DNA of 64,000 nucleotides, from positions 23,932,001 through 23,996,000 of the forward strand of contig NC_043002.1 of NCBI RefSeq assembly GCF_006345805.1, written 5' to 3'. A model generated the notes under the pieces. That model searched no databases, was not told the DNA's origin, and was given only the letters and a program-made list of their open reading frames with translations. A program made the position numbers and the translations under genes. Position 1 is the stretch's first letter. Every line of letters begins with the position of its first letter. The DNA comes from Octopus sinensis. Its lineage: Eukaryota. Of the stretch, positions 52,320 to 64,000 are shown in pieces.

Positions 52320-53545
52320 CCTATATCTCGACTTTGCAAAGGCCTTTGATAAAGTCGATCATGGAATGATATGTCACAAACTGCGTGATCTTGGCATAGT
52401 TGGAAAATTGGGAGAATGGCTTCATGACTTTCTGATGGATAGAAGTCAGGATAATAGTGAGCGGTGTTCCACAAGGCACTGTTCTGGGACCACTACTATT
52501 CATAATGGCCCTCTCAGACATGCCCTCAGCCATGCAGAGAGCCATGATCACAAGTTATGCAGATGATACAAAAGTTTCACAGGCAATACAGAACCCTGAA
52601 GACACTAAGCACCTGCAATGTGAGCTGGACAAAATATACAAGTGGGCTGAAAAGAATAGCATGCAGTTCAATGCTGAAAAGTTTCAAGCTTTATACTATC
52701 AGCATGCAAAACTAAATGCAATACCCAATAAATACACTGGACCTGGAGGGATTGCAATCCCAGAGGCACAATCAGTGCGAGACCTGGGTATTTACATGAG
52801 TGATGATGCAACCTTTCATGTGCATGTTGCTAAATTGGCAATGAAATGTAGGCAGCTGACCGGATGGATTCTTATAACCTTTAGAACAAGAGACCAGGAA
52901 ACCATGATGGTCCTCTGGAGGACACTTGTCCTAAGCCACTTTGACTATTGCTCTCAGCTATGGTCACCATCCAGTGTCAAGTTAATCACAGAACTTGAGG
53001 CTATCCAACGAAGCTACACGAAGAAGATAGCCTCTGTGCAGCATATAAGCTATTGGGAAAGACTCAAGAGATTGAGACTCTATTCCTTAGAGTGTGGGCG
53101 AGAAAGATATGCCATAATATACATCTGGAAGATCCTAGAAGGACTTGTCCCAAACTTTGGCATCGAGAGTTACACAAATGCCAGAACTGGGCGCCACTGC
53201 ATAGTACCAAGGACTCCAAATTTGCCATCAAGATGTAGGACAAGATACTGTGATAGCCTGGGCTTCCGAGGCCCACAGCTCTTCAATATCCTCCCGAAGA
53301 ACCTAAGAGACCTGCATGGGGTGGATGCAGATGTCTTTAAAATGAAACTGGATCTCTTCTTGTCAGGTGTCCCAGATGAACCAACTTCACGGCAGGAGGT
53401 GCAGATGAGGGCAGCTGCATCGAACTCTCTCATGCACCAGATGGCATTTGCTAAAAAGCATTCGTGAAGTAAAATCATGTAGCAATACCAAATGGCGGTG
53501 CCCCAGCATGACCACAGCTTGTGAGCTGAAACTAAATAAAATTAA
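52320..53545 (+). mobile_element. 5'-truncated CR1-group LINE with long open RT/C-terminal frame (52457-53467)
   Basis: YLDFAKAFDKVDHG upstream of a deletion/frameshift, then SGVPQGTVLGPLLF, YADD, VRDLGI, DYCSQLWSP, GPQLFNILP, PDEPT, AASNSL; 3' tail. Confidence 0.95.
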
Positions 53546-53796
53546 AAATATATATATATATTGGATGAATGAAAACATGTATAATAACAACTGGAACTTC
53601 ATAAGTGTAAAGTACTGATGTTGAAAAAGAACCATCAATAAGCCCTAATACTAACACAAATTAACAAATTCCAGGAAAATTAATCAACATTCCAACAAAA
53701 TGGCTGTACACTTGGATGAAATACATCTCTGAGAAAGAATGACCTCTTTTGAAACTTTGAAACTTCATAGACACTCGTTATATATACATGTATATT

Positions 53797-53845
<49 letters not shown>

Positions 53846-53884
53846 ATCAAATGAAATAAAAAACAGAACACAAAGGATGTCGCG

Positions 53885-53915
<31 letters not shown>

Positions 53916-53917
<2 letters not shown>

Positions 53918-53975
53918 GGTGGTGCCCCAGCATGGCCACAGCTCGTGAGCTGAAACTAGATGAAAATGAAAAAAA
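53916..53975 (+). mobile_element. Isolated 3' tail of the same LINE family
   Basis: GGTGCCCCAGCATGGCCACAGCTCGTGAGCTGAAACTAGA matches 53497-53536. Confidence 0.8.
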
Positions 53976-55377
53976 TCAAAATGATATATCATATCTAACT
54001 TGTTACTGTCATTAGATTGCAACTATACTGGTGCACCATCTTGAAGAATTTTTTTTAAAGCAAGGCACTTATTCTATCAGTATCTTTTGCAGAACTTCTA
54101 AGCTATATCAAGCAGTGTTTAGAGACAAACACAAAGACACACACACACAAACACACACACACACATGACAGACTTCTTTCAGTTTCCATTTACCAAATCC
54201 ACTCACAAAACCTTTGTCAGCCCAAGACTAAAATAGAAGACTCCTCGACCAAGATGTTATGCAGTGAGACTGAACCCAGAACCATGTGGTTAGGATGCAA
54301 ATGTCCTATCAGACAACTACTCCTGTGCCTATGCCATGCCAGCACATATGTGTATGTATGTATGTACGAATGTATCATCAACATTGATCATTATCATCAT
54401 TAGTATCATCAATTTAACATCTGCTTTTCCATGCTTGCATGGGTCAGATGGTCAGAGTTCAATGAGACAGATTTTCTACAGCTGATGCTGTTCCTTTTGC
54501 CAACCTTCACCTGCTTCCAAGTAAAGCAATATTTTCCCATTGCCAGACATATTTTCACAGTAGACTAGAAACAAACAACATTGGGATATTCAGTCTGCAA
54601 CTACTGTGTGATGTCAAGACAAGGAGACATTACCACCATCACCGCCACCGCCACCGCCGCCGCCATCATCATCATCATCTAACATCCATTTTTCATGCTG
54701 GCATGGGTTGCACAGTTTAACAGGAACTGGCAAACTGGAGAGCTACACCATTTTCTGTTATGGCATGGTTTCTACAGCTGGATGCCTTTCTTAATGCCAG
54801 CCACTTTACAGAGCGTACTGGGTGCTTTTTAAGTGGCACAGCACAAACATATATATAGACTTATACACATAAATACATATGCATACATTTGTGAGTGTGT
54901 GCATGTGTGTGTCTGTGAATATATATATATATGTGTGTGTATTTATGTATGTATGTATGTATATATGTATGTATATATGTATGCATGTATGTATGCATGT
55001 ATGTATGTATGTATGTATGTATGTATGTAGGTACGTACGTACGTACGTATGTATGTATGTATTAACTATTTAATCCAGTTGAGAATTTGATAAACTACAA
55101 ATTTTTTCTTGCAGTTTTTTCCAAAATCAATGGGAAAAATATTGGAAACAATGCCAATATATAAATGTTAACTTTAAATTTTAAATAGTTCTTTAAATGT
55201 TCCTTTTTCTTCAACTTAACACCTAATAATTGATAACCCCTCCTACAACTCATGCACATTTGCTTTAATGCCTCCGCTTCCTCTTTCTCTTTATCCCCCT
55301 GTATCATTCATTTGATTACACTTCAGCTTTCATCTTACCATCACTACCCAGTGCATTTCTGATATTTATATATTAGT

Positions 55378-55594
55378 AAGGCAGCGAGCAGGAAGAAACG
55401 TTAGCATACTGGGTGAAATGCTTAGCGGTATTTCGTCTGGCTTTACATTCTGAGTTCAAATTCCTCCGAGGTCGACTTTGCCTTTTATCCTTTCAGGGTC
55501 AATAAATTAAGTACCAGTTGCATACTGAGGTCAATCTAATTGACTGGCCCCCTCCCCAAAAATGTCAGGCTTTGTGCTTAGAATAGAAAAGAAT
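55378..55594 (+). mobile_element. SINE family C copy
   Basis: Colinear with 16069-16280. Confidence 0.9.
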
Positions 55595-55684
55595 ATTTAT
55601 TTGTTGGTAATTGAGTTGTATTAATTGATAGATGCATATAACAAGATAGAGATAGAATGAAAAAAATCCAAGCATAAGTTCCTA

Positions 55685-56180
55685 TAGTTGGTATTTGTTG
55701 AATAAAAGAAAGCCTTGAAATGGTTCTATGCTCTGTGATCTGGTGTTCACCTAGAAAGTTTGGAGTAGATAAATAGCTTGTGAAAGAGGTACAAGCTACA
55801 GTTATGACTGTTGTTAGTAATATGAGTTAGGAGAAAGTTGGTGATGAATATAGCGATGAATCCAAAATGAAGGAAGGGTACATCAAATTTCAGCCTCCAA
55901 CCTTACTCAGTTCATTGTATTCCTTCAAGCTATAAGAGAAGAATTTAAGACTGGAATGGGTTGGACAGTTTAACAGAAACTGGCAAGCTAGAGAGCTTCA
56001 CCATTTTCTGTTATGGCATGGTTTCTACAGCTGGATGCTTTTCTTAATTCCAGCCACTTTACAGGGTCTCTTACTGAGTGATTTTTAAAGGACACAGCAT
56101 AAATGTACATATAGACATATACACCTAAATACATGTGCATACATTTGTGAGTGTGCGCATGTGTGTGCCTGTGTGTGTGA

Positions 56181-56236
<56 letters not shown>

Positions 56237-56507
56237 ATTTATGTATGTCTATGTAATCTTAGCAAGACTAGAGCATAGAGGAGTAGGAGAGAAAATTGGA
56301 CTTTGATACCATCAGCTAAAAAGCCATGCATGATGTGTAGAAAAGAACTAGGAGGAATTCCATACAATATACCCAGCATAAATTATGGGTGCACAGGAGA
56401 TGTAGCGGGCTTACAGGCAGGCAAACAAAGAAAGAAGACTTTGCATGCAGCAGGTGCACAAGGACAAAAGTACTAAGAACACATGCAAAGCATTCTCTCT
56501 CCAATGC
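55685..56507 (+). mobile_element. RTE LINE fragments split by a duplicated local segment
   Basis: WCSPRKFGVDK*LVKEVQA, FIVFLQAIREEFKTG, LWVHRRCSGLTGRQTKKEDFACSRCT. Confidence 0.7.
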
Positions 56508-57300
56508 TGGGCATTGGAGAGAGTCTATGGAAGTCATTGGAAATCATTAAAATTTCCAATTTTACAGTTACTAATTTGATTAATTTCACAGATGACAATT
56601 TAAAAATAATCAAATCAGATTCAAGAACTTCTATGAAAGCAGATCTTGTAGAATCAATTTTGTTACTAAGAACAAAATTTCAATAAATTTTGAATTTGGA
56701 TTTTTGGTTTAAATCCTATTCTGTTTCTGCAAGGGTTAACTTTTCATTCTTTTATTTCATTTAATGTAGTCTTTCATTTTATATTTACTTGAATTTTATG
56801 TTTAAACAATGCTTTAATCTCAAAAAATGTTCAGTATTTGAGTTGGTTTCCTTTTTTTTAAATGGCTGTTAATTTGCTTTTGGCGTTTAATCTTCTGGTG
56901 GTAACTCCTGATGTACCTCAGATTTGTGAACTGAATACAGTAGAGGTACCACAAAAATACACTCGTTACACTCTGTAAAGTAGTTAGTGTTAGGCAAGAC
57001 ATCTGGTTGTAGAAACCTTGCCAATCAGATATAGGACTTTGGTGGAGTCCTCCAGCATACTGGTTTCTGCCAAACTGTCCAATACAAGCCAATAAGGAAA
57101 ACAAACATTAAGCAATGCTGCTGCTGTTGATGATGATAATTTTTATTTGAAATTATTATGAGATTGCCAAACTACATGAAACAAACCAGTATGTATATTC
57201 ATTCTTAGCTCCTTACAGTAGACTTGGTCATAAATGTGTTATCTAGTTGGAATTTTGTCTACTAAGAACAATTCCCTTTCAGCAATATGTGTCAACAATA

Positions 57301-57551
57301 CACATGCCTCAGTGATGTAGCACACTCCAAGACACTGGTGTCTAGGCACAATTGTACTTCTTCAGTCAGAGACTGAAGCTAAATAACTAAATAACAGCTT
57401 GACAGGCAAATATTTTGCTTGTCAAATCCTATACATAAGAATGACCATTTTTGTTTCGCTTCAGAGTTCCAGAGGTGTGTCTGACTAAAAAGAAACAATC
57501 ATGCCAAAACACTGGTGTCTCAGAATTCATGACATCACTGAAGTACATGTG
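57301..57551. mobile_element. Inverted pair of Penelope-type termini with degenerate hammerhead cores
   Basis: 57301-57386 is reverse-complementary to 57451-57551. Minus arm reads GA-CTGAAGA-AGTACAATTGTGCC-TAGAC-ACCAGTGTC. Confidence 0.55.
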
Positions 57552-57667
57552 TACATCATCATCGCATGTCAGACTAAATGCCCAGTGGTATTTCTTTTGG
57601 TTTTTTATATCCTGTATTCAAATCCAGCTTTCAGGGTCAATGAAATAAAGTGCAATTAAATACTATA

Positions 57668-57905
57668 AAGTAAAGGTTACCTTCTTGAGTCATGCTGACT
57701 TATAAGGGCTGGTTTCCATGGCGTATAAATTCCCCACCTGGAAGGGAGACTGGTCCACCACAAGATTACTCATTTTTGCCAGCTGAGTGGACTGGAGCAA
57801 TGTGAAACGAAGTGTTTTGCTCAAAAACATTTGTCATCTGGTCCAGGAATTGAAACCACAATCTTATTACAATCATGAGTCCAACACCCTAAACACTAGC
57901 CATGA
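57668..57905 (-). mobile_element. Family B-type SINE
   Basis: Reverse complement of 44750-45000. Confidence 0.85.
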
Positions 57906-59343
57906 GTCTGGCAACTGATTGGCCCACTCCCCTCAAAAATATTACTGACCTTGTATGCTGTAATGGACTAGTGTCCTATTCAAGAAGGATGTTGTGATCT
58001 CTGTCACTTATTTACCGTGGAATCCAAATACTAGCCTTAAAAGCCTTAGAGCTAGAAGAAAAGAAAAGAGAAAACAAAGAACTGCAACTTTTGATGCAGT
58101 TATTCATGAATATTATTCTTCTTGGTGATTTTGGAAGAGATGTTCACATCTGCTGGGCATCTAACCTCTATGACTACACATGATTTTCCTTTTCTGTCCT
58201 GCTTAGTTCAATTCCATCTGAGATTACTTACTTTTCATTAGTTTTCACAAGCAGTAAATCTGTAATAATATCAGTAATATACTATGGTATATATTTCTTC
58301 AACGGTAGTTTAAGGAAAAGGGAAATCAAGATTTAGAGTTTCTTTGCTAAAGAGAAACTTCAATTTTTCTCATTTCTAATATGAACATAAAGGTAGTTTA
58401 TATATATGTGTATGTATATATATGTGCATGTATATATATATATATATATATATATTCAAAATCGAAATCGCTGACATGGCCAATGACAGCATCGCCTGAT
58501 TGGCACTCATGCCAGTGGAACATTAAATGCACATCCGAGCATGGGATGTAACCAACCCACTTATGAGTACTCCTCATTCATTGGACAATAAACTTGCAAA
58601 GACCTATTGAGGCAAGTGAAATCAAAATCAAAATCACTGACGTGGCTGATGATAGTACCGCCTAATTGACACTTGTGCCAGTGGAACATTAAAAGCACAT
58701 CTGAGCATGATTGTTGCCAGGGCCACGGATTGGCCTCCATGCCAGTGGCTCATAAAAAGCACCATTCGAGAAGGTCATGTGTGTGTGTGTGTGTGTGCAT
58801 ACGTCTCTTTGCCTTATCTTCACGTGATAGTTGTAAACTAATGTTACCATCATGCAAGAGGCATCCTTCGTTTCCAAGCTTCCATGTAAACATGTCATTT
58901 CCATGGATAAATATTACCCAACTAGAAAACTGGCGAGAGCGGGAGACAGGAAGGGCATCCAACTGTAGAAAATCCACCTCAGCAAATTCCGTCCATTCCG
59001 TGCAAGAATAGAAAAGGGGGAATTAAAATGATGATGATATTAGTGTAACTGAGTCGGGGAAATGATGTTGTGACATTTATGGCTCTCCTGTAAGCAATGA
59101 CAACGAATGATAAATGCATCCCGGAGTAGAATATATTTATATATAGCGACGCAAATCTGCACTGACACACACGCATTCGGCCAATAGATGTTACCATAGA
59201 TACACCGGAGACAAGTGCTTGGCTTTTTTTATTATGATGGCTACTTTGTATTTTAGTTGAGTATATTTTCTCATATCTCTGTTTAAAAGGCATATTTTAA
59301 AATCACCTTTTCCAGAAATATGCTTTCGATATGTATAATGTTT

Positions 59344-59380
<37 letters not shown>

Positions 59381-60611
59381 GCAATTAAAAAAAATGAAAA
59401 ACGCTAAAGTTACGGAAATTTGTGTGATGAAGAATGATCCGAAACTCTTTCAAATTAATTCTTCTAAATCTTCTCGGCATAATCGTAATGTACACCCTCG
59501 AAGAAAATATCTGCAAAATTTCAGTAAATAACATGCATTTTTCAGAAAGTTACGAACAGCTAACTCAGTGGGGCACCTAAATGTAGATTTACCATTTAAA
59601 ATCTGTCGTGATCGGTAATAAAGGGATGTTTAATTCATGAAAGTTAACCAGCGAAGATATACATGTGTATTTGTATACAATGCTTACAAAATATTTATAA
59701 AAAGAAGAATCATGAACAATTCCTGCCGACAATTTACGATGCATGTATATTCGTTCTCAGCTGATGATTCACTCTGTCACTACTGAAGAGGTTTTCGCTT
59801 CATGCGATCTCTCATGCGCATTGAATATAATTTCTCCCGTTTAGTACATACAAACAAGAATGTATGTATGTGTGAGAGAGAAAGAGAGAGGGAGAGATTC
59901 ATGCGGCACGTAAAGAGATGTATGTATACCAGTCTCATCAAAAGAAAGTCTACCAGAAATATATTGCCAGCGAAGTTAATGAGAAAACAACACAACTTGA
60001 ACAGTATTATAAAGTTATGTCTAGAAGTCCCTGTTGTTCTTTTGCATATTTCATTATTCTTTTATGACTGTGCGTGTGATTGTGTGCAAGTGTACGTGAT
60101 ATTCTGTGTGTGTGATATTTGTGTGGTTAATAGATCCGTGTGGCTGTGTTGTTAAGAAGGATGCATCTTAATTATGATGTGGTCTTGGGTTCAGTCTCAC
60201 CGTGCGGTACCTTGGGCAAATGTCTTCTAGCCCTGGATCAATAAAAGTCTTGTGACTGGATTTGGTAGACAGAAACAGAAAGAAGCCCATCATATATATG
60301 TATATTTGTGCATACGTTTCTGTGTGTGTGTGTACTCTTATCTAGATATCATCTGATGGTTGAGCATTATCCTCCTACAAACAAGGGTGTTTTTGTTTTC
60401 CAGTATTACATAAAAAGCATGTCGGGCCATGGGAAACATTACCTTATTTGGAAACAGATAAGGGTGCATCAGGAAGGGCATTTGGCCATAGAAAATCTGC
60501 TTCAACAAAGTTTTTTCTGACCCATACAAATGTAGAAAAGTAGATGTTAAATGATGATAATCTACATACAATTTTACACACATGCACATATTAGTATATA
60601 AAAGCACACAC

Positions 60612-60658
<47 letters not shown>

Positions 60659-61282
60659 CTCGCGCACACGAACTAGCAGAGTTATTCAGTGTTGTCAGTC
60701 TGATGAATATATACAATATAAATAACTTAATTTATAACAACTTTTTATGTAGTGCTTTTTACATGTAATTACACTGGCATTTTTCTTTTAAATACAGATA
60801 CATGTCCACTGTTGAATTTTAACAGGTTTCTATATAGTGTAATTCTTTGAGACTCTGCTTATTCATGAGGCAGATTGCTATGGCAATCTGCTTTTGGCCA
60901 AAATTAGGTTGATTAAAAATGTTTTATCTGTTCCACAAAAGGCGTAAAAAGAAACTGTCCCTCCCAAGTTAAATACTTCTAATTGTTTGATTCTTGTAAA
61001 ATTATTTTTTTTGTTCTTGAACCAAGAGTAATTCATTTAGTGGACACACTATTCCAGTTGTGGAATACCATTGCTGGTTGTGCAAAAAATATCTCAACTG
61101 AGCTACAGCTTCTATTCAAACTGAAGCTGGTATTCCTGACTGTTCAAGATCCTTGTCAGCCATGGACTGTGCAGTATATTTCAATGATGATTTGCAGATG
61201 GTATAGGTAAACTCCAGGTGTAAACTATGGAAGGTAGAGAATTATTTATTTTCTCATTGATTCATATTCAAATTTGCATATA

Positions 61283-61574
61283 TTGGTTTCAAATTTGACA
61301 CTAGGCCAGCAAATTCAGGATATAGTTAAGATAATTACATTGACCCCAATGCTCAACTGGTACTTATTTTATTGACCTTGAAAGGATGAAAAGCAAAGTC
61401 AACCCTGGTGGCATTTGAACTCAGAACATAAAGTTAGTTGAAATGTTGCTAAACATTTTGTCTGGTGCAGTAACAATTCTGCCAGCTTGCCACCTTTAAA
61501 TTTGCAGATTTTGATATCAAATCATGTTTAAAATGCACTACCATCATCTGTAGCATTTCACACACACACACATA

Positions 61575-61612
<38 letters not shown>

Positions 61613-61984
61613 ACACACACACACACACACACTGGTAAAATAAGAAGAAGGGTTGAATATGTGCTGAATTTTTATATGTATGTATATTTTTATTTGAATA
61701 AAATATTTCATTTTTTAATATAGGAGGTAAATAATTCTGTTATATAATTTCTTTATATCTTATCAAGTCATTTTTTTCTACTCTAGGTTCAATGCCCAAA
61801 ATTTTTGGGGAGGGGACCAGTCAATTAGATCAACCCCAGTATGCAACTGGTACTTAATAATCGACCCTGAAAGGATGAAAGGCAAAGTCAACCGTGGCAG
61901 AATTTCAACTCGGAACGTAAAGACAGACGAAATACCACTAAGCATTTCGCCTGGCATGCTAATGTTTCTGCCAGCTTGCCACCT
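61283..61984 (-). mobile_element. Two family C SINE copies (about 61283-61495 and 61775-61984)
   Basis: GAAAGGATGAAA(A/G)GCAAAGTCAACC...AACTC(A/G)GAAC...TCTGCCAGCTTGCCACCTT. Confidence 0.9.
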
Positions 61985-61990
61985 TATATC

Positions 61991-63250
61991 TATCAAGTCA
62001 TTAAGAATGAAATGTCTAATTTTGAACTGAAAGTTTATGTTACTTTATCTCAACAAAAAGCAATGCAGTTAATCAAATCATACACCTAAATTATCAACAC
62101 AATTTTTCCAGTGAAGAATTCTGGAGAGCAAGAGGTAATGAAATCATGAAAGGCTGTTTTTGCATCTTCTTCAGATTTTAAGTTTTTACCTGGCAATATA
62201 TTGTCCAATGCTTGGAAAACATGATAGTCAGCTGGTGCAAGGTCTGGTGAATATGGTGGATGACAGAGTAATTTCAAGTTCACTTCCTGTAACTAGAGTA
62301 GTGTTCTTTGCGCAACATGTGGTCGAGCATTGTCTTGCAAGAGAATTGACCTGTCTCTATTTACCAATCTCAGTTGGTTAATTGCAAGTTCACTCATCAT
62401 CTCATCCAGTGGTTGATGTATACATCTGCTGTAATTGACTTACCAGGTCTCATGAAGCTGTAGTGGATGACACCAGTGCTGGATCATCAAACAGACACCA
62501 TTAGCTTTTTTCGGTGGATATTCTTTTTTGGATTGTATTTTGGCGCTTCGTCTCTATCCAACCACCATGCAGAACACTTGCTATTGTTGATTAGAATCCA
62601 TTCTTCATCACATGTAACAATATGATGCAAAAATGGTTCGCTTTTATGCCGTGACAGCAAAGAACAGCAAGTTTCAAGACGACGTGTCATTTGATACTCA
62701 CCCTGTTCATGTGGTACCCACTTGTCCAGCTTCGTTACCTTGCTAATTTGTTTCAGATGGTCCAATACAGTTGGAATGGAACTATCAAACCTTGCTGTTA
62801 ACTCACACGTAGTCTGACATGTATGTGCTTCCAATACAGTTTCCAGCTCATCATTATCCACCTTGGTTTCAGGTTTACCTCAGGGCTGATTTTCAAGAGT
62901 AAAGTCACCAGACTGGAACTTCTCAAGCCATCCATGTACAGTGTGCTCATTCGTCACATCTTCACCAAACACCTCACTGATGTTTCAAGCTGTCTGGGAT
63001 GCATTGGTTCCATGGCAGAACTCGTATTCATAAACAACATGAATTTTTGATCTATCCATGGGTTCACAAAAATTGATTTACAAGAGAAAATTCACAATAT
63101 AATCAGACACCATGAACTGCATTTTGAAAAGTGATGATGTAACTCTTCAATGTCGTAAAACAAAGAATTGAAAAGATAAAACATTAGTGTTAACAACTGT
63201 CAAACTTGGTACATAAGAAAATCGGACATTTCATTCTTAACGACCTGATA
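61991..63250 (-). mobile_element. Full-span mariner (Hsmar1/cecropia-like) with disrupted transposase
   Basis: Both TIRs present (TATCAAGTCATTAAGAATGAAATGTC / GACATTTCATTCTTAACGACCTGATA) with TA ends. KLDKWVPHE, IVTCDEEWI, LLQDNARPH, HPPYSPDLAPADYH. Confidence 0.95.
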
Positions 63251-63327
63251 TAAATACGAAAGTAAAGGTACAAAAATGTGTTTTCACATAAATGCTTTCA
63301 TGAAATAGTTTTACTGTAAAAATATTT

Positions 63328-63517
63328 CAGTTCTATATTTAAGAGGTGAGGAATTATGTACATTGTTTACATTTGACGGATATTTGTCTTCATCTTGTTT
63401 GTTGTTAACACAACATTTCAGCTGATATACCCTCCCACCTTCATCAGGTATCTTAGGGAAATTTCAAACCTGGGTTCTCATTCCTAAGGTAATTTTCAAT
63501 ATTATTATTATTATTAT
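63328..63517 (-). mobile_element. Hammerhead-containing tail of the 44153-44411 family
   Basis: Minus strand 63451-63408: ATAC-CTGATGA-AGGTGGGAGGGTATATCAGCT-GAAA-TG-TT-GTGT. Confidence 0.75.
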
Positions 63518-64000
63518 TTTTTTTTTTTCTTCTTTCAAATTTGCTTCCATTTCTTGCCGAGTGTCTTCCCGACTCCTAGGGCAAAGAAACTCATAGTATA
63601 CATTGGTAGGCCATTAAACTAAACTCAATAGTTCGTTCATTTAGAAAATTTTTTTTTTTTAAAGTTAAATTAAAATACATGGGTAGTAATAGTTCTCACA
63701 TTGACAATGCTCTTCTCAATACGTGTGATGTACCAGTTAAGACAATCTTTTGCACTTCTTGCAGGGATGGTAAGCCAGGGATCATTCTCATATAATTTTC
63801 GGTTTCCTTCTTGATCATTCCTAGTGCTCCTACAATCACTGGTATTGTAACCGCCTTGAGATGCCACATTTTCTCAATTTCAATGAGCAGGTCTTTATAT
63901 TTTCTGAGCTTGTCAAACTCTTTCGCCGAGATATTATGATCACAGGGGATGCTCATGTCGATCAATAAACAAACTTTATTGTTTTGGTTTTTCACAACAA
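63518..64000 (-). mobile_element. R4/Dong-type LINE 3' end
   Basis: CLLIDMSIPCDHNISAKEFDKLRKYKDL...IPVIVGALG...VQKIVLTGTSHVLRRAL* (restriction-like endonuclease). 3' UTR ends in an A-run then (AAT)n. Confidence 0.92.

Noticed and set aside
52457-53467. Host gene or active reverse transcriptase
   Set aside because: 5'-truncated LINE lacking the endonuclease and early RT motifs, with a deletion/frameshift near 52455.
59283-59600. Kolobok-like TTAA MITE
   Set aside because: Some suggestive motifs, but I could not verify terminal inverted repeats.
62086-63060. SETMAR-like domesticated gene
   Set aside because: No SET domain; both TIRs present; transposase broken by stops and frameshifts.

Overview
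AT-rich, repeat-saturated animal genomic DNA. The SINE families, (TA)n/(TACA)n/(CA)n microsatellites and C2H2 finger remnants point to an octopod cephalopod (inference). No intact host protein-coding gene is supportable. The window holds a decayed Helitron RepHel fragment, three mariner copies plus mariner, pogo/Tc2-like and hAT MITEs, and a Buster-type hAT remnant. It also holds RTE, CR1-group, R4/Dong-type and Penelope retroelement fragments, dozens of tRNA-derived SINEs, a dead C2H2 zinc-finger array, a 1.4 kb (GACT)n array and two degenerate minisatellites. The most interesting signal is a tRNA-headed SINE-like element whose tail carries a minimal Penelope-type hammerhead ribozyme and which has an inverted copy of its tail at its 5' end (44153-44411, sister copy 63328-63517). 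Also notable are further hammerhead remnants, a SINE/LINE tail stem-loop with compensatory changes, locally templated duplications and a possible spliced minus-strand transcript. All calls were made by eye; coordinates of decayed elements are approximate.
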